This document shows positions 1 to 8,608 of a stretch of 58,377 bases of DNA, piece by piece (within the stretch, counting starts at the first letter, position 1; each line of letters begins with the position of its first letter). A program made the position numbers and the translations under genes. Source of the DNA: Candidatus Odoribacter faecigallinarum (lineage in GTDB: Bacteria; Bacteroidota; Bacteroidia; Bacteroidales; Marinifilaceae); contig DXFT01000021.1 of NCBI GenBank assembly GCA_019114285.1, positions 1 through 58,377 on the forward strand, written 5' to 3'. The notes under the pieces were generated by a model. It had not been told where the DNA came from. It ran no database searches and saw only the letters and a program-made list of their open reading frames with translations.

Positions 1-435
1 CTGGCTGCCGAAATCGACAAGGTGGAGATAGACACGGGGCTCATCCTCCGCTCGACGGAAAAGCTTTCCTCGCTTTACGATGTCGTCCTCCTGGAAGGGG
101 CTGGCGGGCTTTACGTGCCTGTGACCCGCGACTACCTTACCATTGATTACATCCAGGACCACGGCTATCCCTTGATTCTGGTGGCTTCCTCCAAATTGGG
201 CAGCATCAATCACACCTTGATGAGCCTGGAACTCTGCCGCCTCCGGGGCATTCGGGTGAGTCATGTCGTTTACAATGATTTCCCTGCTGACAGCGAATGG
301 ATTAAAAACGACTCCATTACCATCATCCGCAGCTATCTGCAACAGCATTTTCCGGATTGCCGCCTGTTGGAATTGCCGGTCATTCGGGACAAGGAGTGGG
401 GAAGCGTTTCCCTGGATTTAGGTACAATAGACTGA
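1..435 (+). CDS. bioD: Dethiobiotin synthase, C-terminal part (5' end outside window)
   Basis: Frame open from base 1; LLEGAGGLYVP and LGSINHTLMSLE motifs typical of BioD. Confidence 0.9.
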   Translation: MAAEIDKVEIDTGLILRSTEKLSSLYDVVLLEGAGGLYVPVTRDYLTIDYIQDHGYPLILVASSKLGSINHTLMSLELCRLRGIRVSHVVYNDFPADSEWIKNDSITIIRSYLQQHFPDCRLLELPVIRDKEWGSVSLDLGTID

Positions 436-459
436 CAGGTCTGGGCATCAGCTGGAAGT

Positions 460-2259
460 ATGGGGGCAATAGAACTTTTATCACCGGCAAGGGATTTGGC
501 GGTCGGCAAGGCTGCCATTGACAACGGGGCGGACGCTGTTTACATCGGCGCGCCGGCTTTCGGTGCGCGCCGTGCGGCAGCCAACAGCCTGCGTGACATC
601 GCGGAGCTGGTGGAATATGCCCACCGATACTATTGCCGGGTGTTCATCACCTTCAATACCATCCTTTACGATAATGAACTGCCGGAAGCGGAACGCCTGC
701 TCCGCGAGCTTTACCGCATCGGGGTGGACGCTTTGATAGTCCAGGACATGGGCATCCTTCGCATGGACTTGCCCCCGTTTTGCCTGCATGCCAGCACCCA
801 GATGCACAATTACGACATGGAGCGCATCCGTTTCCTTGACCGGTTGGGGTTCCAACGCATTGTCCTGGCGCGGGAGCTTTCCCTGGAGCAAATCCGTGAC
901 ATCCGCCGTGAGGTGAAGGCGGAACTCGAAGTCTTTGTCCACGGTGCGCTTTGTGTCAGCCTGAGCGGGCAGTGTTATCTCTCCCAGCACCTTTTCGGGC
1001 GCTCGGCGAACCGGGGGGAATGTGCACAGCCCTGCCGCATGAAATGGTCTGTGCGCGATGCTGACGGCAAGGTATTGGTGGATGACCGTTACATCCTTTC
1101 CCTCAAGGACCTGAACCTTTCCGCCCATCTCAATGACCTGGTGCAGGCGGGGGTGGACTCTTTCAAAATCGAAGGCAGGCTGAAAGACGCAGGCTATGTC
1201 GCCAACGTGACGAATTATTACGCTGAATTATTAAATGGGCTGCCCGGTGTGGAGCGCGTTTCTTCTGGGCGTGCTATTACCATCTTCCTTTCTGACCCGG
1301 AACGTAGCTTCAACCGGGGCAGCTCTTCCTATTTTTTTGCCGGGAGGCAGCCGGGATTGGTCAACCCGGACACCCCCAAGTCCATGGGCAAGCCCATTGG
1401 CACAGCCTTGCAAGCCAAAGGCAACCGCCTGCGCGTGGAGGCTGCTGAGCCCCTGCACAACGGTGACGGGCTTTGCTATTTCCTCCGAGGGGAATTGCGG
1501 GGTATCCGGGTGAACAATGTGCAGGACGGTTGGCTTGTCTGCAACGAGACTTTGGACATACAGCCCGGCACCCGCCTGTTCCGCAATTACGACCACGACT
1601 TTGTACGGCAACTGGAAAAAGGCAAGTCCCTCCGCAAGATTGGCATCCGCATGGAAGCCTCTGCCGAAGGCGGGCATCTCCGCCTTGACGTGCAGGACGA
1701 GGACGGCAACCGGGCGCAGGTCATTTCCGGCGATGCTTTCCCGCCGGCGGGCAATCCCTCACAGCGGGAGAGGCTTTGTGCCCAGTTGATGAAATGCGGT
1801 GATACGCCTTACTTTTGTAGCGGGGTGGATTACCGGGAAGGGGAAACCCTCTTTGTCCCTGCAGCTGCTGCCAATGCATTGAGGCGCAAGCTCCTGGAGA
1901 AGTTGGACAGGGTGCGTGCCGCCAACCGTCCCGTGTTGTCCCCCATGGTGGAAAACCCGGGAATACCTTATCCTCTTCCTGTCGATTGGCGCCTGAATGT
2001 TTCCAACCGCAAAGCGGCGGACTTTTACCGTGACCACGGCGTGGCATCCCCCGTTCCCGCCTTTGAGTTGAAACCTGCTCCGGGTGTCCATGAACTCATG
2101 CGCACCCGTTACTGCATCCTCTATGAACTGGGGCGTTGCCGCCGCGACCACAAGAACGCCGATATCCGGTTTCCCCTCTATCTTTGCAATGCGAAGCATG
2201 CCTTCCCCCTCGGCTTTGATTGTAAAGAATGTTTTATGTGCATTCTGGACAAAGAATAA
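460..2259 (+). CDS. Peptidase U32 family protein with C-terminal DUF3656-like region (RlhA-like RNA hydroxylation family)
   Basis: ELLSPA, GADAVYIG, HASTQM, HGALCVSLSGQC..S..RSANRGECAQPCR, SFKIEGR motifs. Confidence 0.85.
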   Translation: MGAIELLSPARDLAVGKAAIDNGADAVYIGAPAFGARRAAANSLRDIAELVEYAHRYYCRVFITFNTILYDNELPEAERLLRELYRIGVDALIVQDMGILRMDLPPFCLHASTQMHNYDMERIRFLDRLGFQRIVLARELSLEQIRDIRREVKAELEVFVHGALCVSLSGQCYLSQHLFGRSANRGECAQPCRMKWSVRDADGKVLVDDRYILSLKDLNLSAHLNDLVQAGVDSFKIEGRLKDAGYVANVTNYYAELLNGLPGVERVSSGRAITIFLSDPERSFNRGSSSYFFAGRQPGLVNPDTPKSMGKPIGTALQAKGNRLRVEAAEPLHNGDGLCYFLRGELRGIRVNNVQDGWLVCNETLDIQPGTRLFRNYDHDFVRQLEKGKSLRKIGIRMEASAEGGHLRLDVQDEDGNRAQVISGDAFPPAGNPSQRERLCAQLMKCGDTPYFCSGVDYREGETLFVPAAAANALRRKLLEKLDRVRAANRPVLSPMVENPGIPYPLPVDWRLNVSNRKAADFYRDHGVASPVPAFELKPAPGVHELMRTRYCILYELGRCRRDHKNADIRFPLYLCNAKHAFPLGFDCKECFMCILDKE

Positions 2260-2357
2260 TTTTTTACTTACTAAACTTACCTTCTGGAAGAATATATTAT
2301 TACTTGAATGACAGCTAGCTCTGCCTTGTGAAACTTTGTAAAATTTATTCGCTCCCT

Positions 2358-2388
2358 ATTGGATTTTCCTTTCCGGATACTATTTTTG
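2358..2388 (+). promoter_or_regulatory. Probable Bacteroidetes sigma-A promoter of glmS
   Basis: ATTG (2358-2361), 19 nt, TATTTTTG (2381-2388), 34 nt before the ATG. Confidence 0.5.
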
Positions 2389-2422
2389 TGCCCAAAAATG
2401 AACCATTAAAACAAGTAATATC

Positions 2423-4267
2423 ATGTGTGGTATAGTTGGCTATTTGGGAGGCAGGGATGCCTATCCAGTTTTGATAAAAGGATTGCATCGGTTGGAATAC
2501 CGGGGCTATGACAGTGCGGGCATCGCCATGGTGTCCGCTTCCGGTGAGTTGAACCTCTATAAATCCAAAGGCAAGGTGGCAGACTTGGAGCGCTTTGCTG
2601 AATCCAAGGACATTTCCGGCACCATCGGTATTGCCCACACCCGTTGGGCTACCCACGGCGAACCCAATGACCTCAATGCGCACCCTCACTACTCCCAATC
2701 CAAGAACCTGGCGTTGATACACAACGGCATCATCGAGAACTATTCCGTTCTCCGTCTGGAACTCGAGAGCAAGGGCTTCCGTTTCCGCAGCAGCACGGAC
2801 ACCGAGGTCATCGTTTACCTCATTGAATACATCATGCAGACCAACGGCGTGGACCTCTGTACTGCCGTCCAGTTGGCGCTTCACCAGGTAGTCGGCGCCT
2901 ACGCCATTGCCCTGGTGGCAAAGGACAACCCTGACCAAATCATCGCTGCCCGCAAGAGCAGCCCTCTCGTCGTGGGAATCGGGGAAGGGGAATACTTCCT
3001 CGCTTCAGACGCTACCCCCATCGTGGAATACACCGACAAGGTGGTTTACCTCAATGACGGGGAAATTGCCGTCATCCGCCGGGACGCTCCCTTGAAAATC
3101 GTGGACCTCGACAATGTGGAGATTACCCCTGAGGTCAAGCGTCTTGCCATGAACCTCAGCCAGCTCGAAAAGGGGGGCTATCCTCACTTCATGCTCAAGG
3201 AAATCTACGAGCAGCCCCAGACCCTCTACAACTGCATCCGCGGGCGCATCAACGTCGAGGGTACCAACGTTGTCCTTTCCGGCGTGATAGACAACCGCGA
3301 CAAGTTCCTTCATGCTTCCCGCATCATCATTGTTGCCTGTGGCACTTCCTGGCATGCCGCCCTCATCGGCGAGCACCTCATCGAGGACCTCTGCCGCATC
3401 CCCGTGGAGGTGGAGTATGCCTCCGAATTCCGGTACCGCAATCCCGTCATTTGTCCCGGTGACATCGTCATTGCCATCTCCCAGTCCGGGGAGACAGCCG
3501 ACACCCTTGCCGCCGTCGAGTTGGCAAAATCCCGTGGTGCCTTCATCTACGGCATCTGCAACGTCGTGGGCTCTTCCATCGCCCGGGCAACCGATTCAGG
3601 TTCCTATATCCACGTCGGCCCCGAAATCGGCGTGGCATCCACCAAGGCGTTCACGGGACAGGTCACCGTCCTTTCCATGCTGGCCCTCACCCTTGCCCGC
3701 CTGAAAGGCACCATCGGGGAGGACAAGTTTGTCCGCATGGTGCAGGGGCTCCAGGCCATCCCTGACAAAATCAAGGAAGTACTCGACCATGCCGATGCCA
3801 TTGCCGACCTCTCCAAAATATTCACTTACGCCCACAACTTCATCTACCTTGGGCGCGGCTACAACTATCCTGCCGCCCTCGAAGGAGCACTCAAGCTCAA
3901 GGAAATATCCTACATCCATGCCGAGGGCTACCCGGCTGCCGAGATGAAGCACGGTCCCATCGCCCTCATTGATGCCGAAATGCCGGTAGTTGCCATAGCA
4001 ACCACGGACAGCATCTATGAAAAGACCATCTCAAATATACAGGAAATCAAGGCACGCCGTGGCAAAGTCATTGCCATCGTCACTGAAGGCGACAGCGTTG
4101 TCCGTTCCATTGCGGACTACTGCATCGAGGTGCCCCGCGTTGAGGAACCCTTTGCCCCCCTCGTGGCTTCCGTGCCCCTCCAGCTTCTGGCATATTACAT
4201 TGCCGTCCATAAAGGGCGCGACGTGGACCAACCCCGTAACCTGGCGAAATCCGTCACTGTGGAATAA
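2423..4267 (+). CDS. glmS: Glutamine--fructose-6-phosphate transaminase
   Basis: N-terminal MCGIVG, GIAHTRWATHG, SQSGETADT, C-terminal DQPRNLAKSVTVE. Confidence 0.98.
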   Translation: MCGIVGYLGGRDAYPVLIKGLHRLEYRGYDSAGIAMVSASGELNLYKSKGKVADLERFAESKDISGTIGIAHTRWATHGEPNDLNAHPHYSQSKNLALIHNGIIENYSVLRLELESKGFRFRSSTDTEVIVYLIEYIMQTNGVDLCTAVQLALHQVVGAYAIALVAKDNPDQIIAARKSSPLVVGIGEGEYFLASDATPIVEYTDKVVYLNDGEIAVIRRDAPLKIVDLDNVEITPEVKRLAMNLSQLEKGGYPHFMLKEIYEQPQTLYNCIRGRINVEGTNVVLSGVIDNRDKFLHASRIIIVACGTSWHAALIGEHLIEDLCRIPVEVEYASEFRYRNPVICPGDIVIAISQSGETADTLAAVELAKSRGAFIYGICNVVGSSIARATDSGSYIHVGPEIGVASTKAFTGQVTVLSMLALTLARLKGTIGEDKFVRMVQGLQAIPDKIKEVLDHADAIADLSKIFTYAHNFIYLGRGYNYPAALEGALKLKEISYIHAEGYPAAEMKHGPIALIDAEMPVVAIATTDSIYEKTISNIQEIKARRGKVIAIVTEGDSVVRSIADYCIEVPRVEEPFAPLVASVPLQLLAYYIAVHKGRDVDQPRNLAKSVTVE

Positions 4268-4296
4268 CTGTGTTCCCCTTAGGGGTGGACCTGCGC

Positions 4297-4322
4297 ATCG
4301 GGGGAGATTGCCCTCCCCCGAT
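4297..4322. terminator. Hairpin between convergent glmS and DUF6266-like genes
   Basis: ATCGGGGGAG-ATTGCC-CTCCCCCGAT perfect 10-bp stem followed by T-rich sequence. Confidence 0.6.
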
Positions 4323-4356
4323 TATCTTTAATCCTTCATCGTTAATCGTTCATCTC
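4322..4356 (-). repeat. Heptamer tandem repeat, 5 units
   Basis: TTATCTT TAATCCT TCATCGT TAATCGT TCATCTC on +; contains the stop codon of the 4342-4998 gene. Confidence 0.85.
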
Positions 4357-4998
4357 CATGCCGAGGCTGCCGAGGTAAAAGCTGTCTGATGCCGTGTCCT
4401 CATACTTCCCCTTGAAAAAACCATAGACGTGCGCCTTCCCGACTTGCTCCGGCACTGTCCATTCATACCTGCCCGTCCGCCGCTCCGCCTGCGTCTCCGT
4501 TGCCACCATGATGTCTTCGTCACTCTTGTCCTCGCGGATGGTGTGTACTGCGATTTGCAGCCTGTCGTTTTCGGAAAGGGGCGTGTCTCCCGCTGCCGTG
4601 TCCCACGTGATGAGCATCTTGCCCCCTTCGCCCGCTTCCATCTTCACCCACCGGGGTACAAGCAAGTCCCCCTTCGTGACCCACAACTGCGAGTGGTCGA
4701 TAATCTCCCCGTTCCCGTCCAGGTTGCGGATATTGCAGCTCATGAACAGGTTATACCCGTTCATTGTCGTTCCTTCCGTCACAGACTTCCAATTGTAATA
4801 GATGAACCAGTCGAAACAGCCGTACAGGTCTGCGATGCCCTTCATCCGCGTGCGTTGCGCGGTCTGTTTCGGGCTTCTCGGGTTCTTCACCTCTCCGGGG
4901 CATTGGCGCACCCGCAATTGCCCGTTTACCTCATAAAAAATCAGGTTTCCCACCTTTCCTTTGGCATTTCCTAATACGCCTGGTTTGATAACTCCCAT
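4342..4998 (-). CDS. DUF6266-like Bacteroidetes protein of unknown function
   Basis: N-terminus MGVIKPGVLGNAKGKVGNLIFY..NPRSPKQTAQR, GYNLFM and C-terminal SDSFYLG match the family pattern as recalled. Confidence 0.75.
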   Translation of the reverse strand: MGVIKPGVLGNAKGKVGNLIFYEVNGQLRVRQCPGEVKNPRSPKQTAQRTRMKGIADLYGCFDWFIYYNWKSVTEGTTMNGYNLFMSCNIRNLDGNGEIIDHSQLWVTKGDLLVPRWVKMEAGEGGKMLITWDTAAGDTPLSENDRLQIAVHTIREDKSDEDIMVATETQAERRTGRYEWTVPEQVGKAHVYGFFKGKYEDTASDSFYLGSLGMEMND

Positions 4999-5049
4999 GT
5001 CCTTGTCGTTTTACGTGTTTTACAATCTCTTTATTCCTGTCTTCCCTTT

Positions 5050-5340
5050 CTTGTTCCCCGCTTGCCGTCCCCTGCGTGCCTGTTGGCATGTCCTGCCGTT
5101 GCCGTAAAGCATCCTGGGGCTTTCCAAGGGGCATGTAGGGGGTAACTAAAGGGAAGCTCCGTGGCAATAATAATCATTTTATTTGATATTTCCAAATAAA
5201 AAACATATTAATTGCATTACAGAAAGGAGATAATAAGGAGTTGATAAGGTTGTAATCAGGAAATATGAAGAAAATATGCAGAAGTTTCCCCCTAGTTACC
5301 CCCTGGCAACCTCTTAGCTGCCCCTCGGATATTCCCCGAA
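5050..5340. repeat. Degenerate 11-bp-periodic arrays flanking a promoter
   Basis: AG(G) at 5225, 5236, 5247, 5258, 5269, 5280; C-runs start at 5288, 5299, 5310, 5321; G-runs end at 5131, 5142, 5153. Confidence 0.8.
5165..5196 (-). promoter_or_regulatory. Probable promoter of the DUF6266-like gene
   Basis: Minus strand TTTG, 20 nt, TATTATTG (one mismatch to TAnnTTTG). Confidence 0.6.
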
Positions 5341-5467
5341 TGCCAGATGGCAGCCCTGTGGAGAAATTTTAGTGTTCCAACGGGGAAGACTGGGGAAATT
5401 ATCCGGAGGCAGGGAGGAGGGAAGGCGTTTTTTGGCGGTGAGAGTAGGGAATGTGGCATGGAGGATG

Positions 5468-5475
5468 TATCTTTG
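5468..5475 (+). promoter_or_regulatory. -7 promoter element of the SMR-nim pair
   Basis: TATCTTTG 35 nt upstream of the ATG at 5511. Confidence 0.55.
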
Positions 5476-5510
5476 CGCTTGTTTAAGCGTAATTAAAATC
5501 AGTTGCAAGT

Positions 5511-5837
5511 ATGACAAGTTGGATAATATTGATTGTGGCAGGGCTTTTTGAGTCGGGCTTCGCCTTTTGCCTCGGGAAGATGAAGGGGTTGTCCGGGACG
5601 GAGTATTGGTTGTGGGGGGCAGGGTTTCTTGCCTGCCTGGCGATGAGCATGGTGTTGCTGGCAAAGGCGGTGCAGGTGTTGCCCATCGGGACAGCCTATC
5701 CCGTGTGGACGGGCATCGGGGCAGTGGGGACGGTGCTACTGGGGATTTTCTTTTTCCATGAGCCGGCAACGTTCTGGCGATTATTTTTCATTGTCACGCT
5801 GATCGCCTCGGTCATCGGGCTGAAGATGGTGTCTTGA
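5511..5837 (+). CDS. SMR/DMT family small multidrug transporter (SugE/Gdx-like)
   Basis: 108 aa, four hydrophobic helices, WIILIVAGLFE with membrane Glu, LPIGTAYPVWTGIGAVG. Confidence 0.9.
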   Translation: MTSWIILIVAGLFESGFAFCLGKMKGLSGTEYWLWGAGFLACLAMSMVLLAKAVQVLPIGTAYPVWTGIGAVGTVLLGIFFFHEPATFWRLFFIVTLIASVIGLKMVS

Positions 5838-5849
5838 AGGAGGGAGGGG

Positions 5850-6350
5850 ATGATGTTCAGGGAGATGAGACGCCGGAGGCAGGCATTGCCCGAGGGGGAG
5901 TGCGTGGCTATTTTGGAACGGATGACATCGGGGGTGCTGGCGGTGGAGGGGGACGGGGGTTACCCGTATGCCGTGCCGTTGAGTTATGTGTATGCTGGGG
6001 GAAAGTTGTATTTCCACAGCGCGCGGGAGGGACACAAGGTGGACGCCCTGCGGCGGAACGCGAAGGCATCGTTTTGCGTGGTGGAGCGTGACGAGGTAGT
6101 GGCGGAGGAATACACCACTTATTTCCGGAGCGTGGTGGTGTTCGGGCAGGTGCGGTTTGTGGAGGAGGAGAGGGAGAAGCTGGCGGCGCTGGAGTTGCTG
6201 GCGGAGAAGTATGCCCCGGGGGAACGGGAGCAGCGGCAGCGGGAAATCGCGCAGGGGTTCGACCACCTGTATGTGTTGGAGCTTGACGTGGAGTGCATGA
6301 CGGGGAAGGAGGCGGTGGAATTGCTGCGGCAACGGAAGGGCGGGGGATAA
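5850..6350 (+). CDS. nim: Nim-family (5-nitroimidazole reductase-like) pyridoxamine-phosphate-oxidase-fold protein
   Basis: MFREMRRRRQ, ILERMT, GYPYAVPLSYVY, YFHSA, TTYFRSV, MTGKEA follow the Bacteroides Nim pattern. Confidence 0.8.
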   Translation: MMFREMRRRRQALPEGECVAILERMTSGVLAVEGDGGYPYAVPLSYVYAGGKLYFHSAREGHKVDALRRNAKASFCVVERDEVVAEEYTTYFRSVVVFGQVRFVEEEREKLAALELLAEKYAPGEREQRQREIAQGFDHLYVLELDVECMTGKEAVELLRQRKGGG

Positions 6351-6353
6351 ACA

Positions 6354-6393
6354 GCATCCCCGGGAGGCCGTGGCACGCTCCCGGGGATGTTTG
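6354..6393 (+). terminator. Intrinsic terminator after the nim-like gene
   Basis: CATCCCCGGGAG / CTCCCGGGGATG 12-bp stem followed by TTTG. Confidence 0.7.
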
Positions 6394-6531
6394 TCTTGTG
6401 CGGAGCAGGGGTTATTCTGTCTTTACCTGTTTCTTTTTGGATTCCTTGTACAGTTGTATTTCTGCCCATATCCCTGCGCAAAGGGCGAGGAAGCCGAAAA
6501 ATCCCATGAATAGTATCAGTCCCATACGTTT

Positions 6532-8463
6532 TTAGAATTTGAATTGGACGCCTGCCAAGGCTGTGGCGCGGGGCATAGGGTAACCGGCATTGATTTCATA
6601 GCGCTGGGCGAGGAGGTTCTCGCCGCGTGCCCAGATGTCGAGCCAGCGGGTGGCTTGGAATCGGGCGCGGAGGTTCCAGAGCACGAAGTCCTCCGTGGTT
6701 TCCGTGCCCCGTCCGTTGGCGGGGACGGAGGTGTAGAGGCTGCCGATGTATTGGACGCCCGTGGATACGGACCAACGGTGGCGGGCATAGAGCGCGCCGG
6801 CGTAGAGTTTGTGCTCGGGGGCGGCGATGACGGGCGTTTCCATGTGGAGGAAGCTGTAGTTGGCATCGACGGACCAGGCTTGGGAAATGCGCCAGGCGGC
6901 TTGGAGCTCAACCCCGGTGTTGGAGAGGGAGCCGGTGTTCATGTTGAGGGGCGTGGTTCCCTCGCGGGGGACGGTGACGATGAGGTTCTTGGCGTCGATG
7001 TGGAAGAGGTTGACGCCGTAGGTGAGCCTCCCGTCAAGGAGCCGCTGGGAGAGGGCGATTTCATAGTTCCACATGGACTCGGGTTGCAAGTCCGGGTTCT
7101 GTGGGGGGAACATGTACATCTCGCGGATGGAGGGGTAGCGGAAGCCTTTGGAGGCGGAGGCTTTGAGTTCAATGGAACGGGGGAGGTGGAAGGAGAGCCC
7201 TGCCTGGGGTATCCATTCGGTGCCCACGTGGGAATGGTGGTCGGCGCGGATGCCTGCGTCGATGGTGAGGAAGGTGCCGATGTTCTGGCGGAAGTCGATG
7301 TATCCGGCTATTTCATGGTTGTGCCTTTGGAGGTAGTCGTCGTGCTCGCCGGCACGCTCGCCCTCGATGTAGTCGTTCCATTTCTCTCCCCCGAAGCGGT
7401 ACCAGTCGATGCCTGCGGTGAGGCGGTTGCCCCGGAAGAGGCGGGCGCTCTGGTAGGCGGAGATGCCGAGCATGTTGTCGTGGGAGATGAAGCGGTAGAG
7501 GCGGGGGGTGCTGTTGTCATCGGGGTCGGCGGTGTAGCCGTCGTTAATCCAGTGGTCACCCCAGTTGTAGAAGAAGCTGATGGCTCCTGAGGTGCGTTCA
7601 TGGTCGTTCTCGAGGGCGAAGGAGGTCATGCCGCGGGTGACGCGCTGGTCTGCATCCTCGAGGGGCTCGCTGAGGCTCCCGGGCTGGGAGGCGTTGAAGT
7701 GGGTGACGTTCACATCTGCCCGCACGTTCCAATGCGGGGAGAGTTCATATCCCAGCTTGGCGTATCCGCCGTATTGCTCGAATCCCAGGTTGCGGCGGTG
7801 TCCGTCGGTGCGGTTGTAGGAGAGGGAGAGTATGCTGGAGAATTTGCCGGCATGGATGCGGTTGGTGAGCTCGGATTCCAAGGTGTTCCAGGAGCCGTAG
7901 CCGATGCGGGCATCGGTGCGGACGCCTTGCTCGTGCATCCGGCGGGTGACAATGTTGACCACACCTCCCATGGCATTGGAGCCGTAGAGGACGGATGCCG
8001 GTCCCCGAAGGACTTCCACCCGTTCAGCCATGAGGGACTGGGCAGCGTCGGCAATGGGATGCCCGAAGAGCCCCATGTATTGCGGGTGCCCGTCGATAAG
8101 CACCATGAGGCGGGAGGAGGAGCCGCTCAAGCCGCGGAGGGAGATGCCCCCGGCTGCGCCGTCGGAGACGCCATAGCCCATGATGCCACGGGAGGTGACG
8201 AAAAGCCCGGGTACCTGTTCCGTGAGTATGGGCAGAAGGGAGGGTTGCAGGCTTTGTTCTATTTGCTGCCTCCCGACGACGGAAACGGTGAGGGGGAGGT
8301 GGCGGATGTCGGTGGCGTTGCGCGTGCCGGTGACAACTACCTGTTCGATGTCGTAATGCCGCGAGACGGTGAGGGTGTCCTTGTTGCCGGTGGCAGTTTG
8401 CTGCGCCAAGGCAGGTAGGCAGGCGATGGCTGCCGCGGTGAGTGTAAGTATGCTTTTCTTCAT
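6532..8463 (-). CDS. TonB-dependent outer membrane receptor
   Basis: Signal peptide MKKSILTLTAAAIACLPALAQ (start 8463), VVVTGTR, ERVEVLRGPASVLYGSNAMGGVVNI plug motif, terminal Phe. Confidence 0.92.
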   Translation of the reverse strand: MKKSILTLTAAAIACLPALAQQTATGNKDTLTVSRHYDIEQVVVTGTRNATDIRHLPLTVSVVGRQQIEQSLQPSLLPILTEQVPGLFVTSRGIMGYGVSDGAAGGISLRGLSGSSSRLMVLIDGHPQYMGLFGHPIADAAQSLMAERVEVLRGPASVLYGSNAMGGVVNIVTRRMHEQGVRTDARIGYGSWNTLESELTNRIHAGKFSSILSLSYNRTDGHRRNLGFEQYGGYAKLGYELSPHWNVRADVNVTHFNASQPGSLSEPLEDADQRVTRGMTSFALENDHERTSGAISFFYNWGDHWINDGYTADPDDNSTPRLYRFISHDNMLGISAYQSARLFRGNRLTAGIDWYRFGGEKWNDYIEGERAGEHDDYLQRHNHEIAGYIDFRQNIGTFLTIDAGIRADHHSHVGTEWIPQAGLSFHLPRSIELKASASKGFRYPSIREMYMFPPQNPDLQPESMWNYEIALSQRLLDGRLTYGVNLFHIDAKNLIVTVPREGTTPLNMNTGSLSNTGVELQAAWRISQAWSVDANYSFLHMETPVIAAPEHKLYAGALYARHRWSVSTGVQYIGSLYTSVPANGRGTETTEDFVLWNLRARFQATRWLDIWARGENLLAQRYEINAGYPMPRATALAGVQFKF

Positions 8464-8488
8464 GTCTATTGTGTTTCTGATTACGGCA

Positions 8489-8571
8489 CAAAGATAGTGA
8501 AACAGCGTTTTTCCCCGCGTAAACAAATTACGGTTGTTTATACCTATATTACTTCTTTTTGTTTATCTTTG
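8489..8571. promoter_or_regulatory. Divergent -7 elements for the TonB receptor and purL
   Basis: TATCTTTG on minus at 8489-8496 and on plus at 8564-8571. Confidence 0.55.
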
Positions 8572-8608
8572 CGGTTGGATTCACGTGAAATAAATAGTAC
8601 TGAAGTAT

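Noticed and set aside
2260-2422. glmS ribozyme upstream of glmS
   Set aside because: AT-rich, lacks the conserved AGCGCC/GACGAGG core, and the promoter leaves only a short leader
5340-5510. Guanidine riboswitch upstream of the SugE-like gene
   Set aside because: No twin ACGR hairpins or other recognisable class, and the -7 box is only 35 nt from the ATG
8464-8608. Cobalamin or TPP riboswitch for the TonB receptor
   Set aside because: The 145-nt gap is occupied by two divergent promoters and shows no riboswitch motifs
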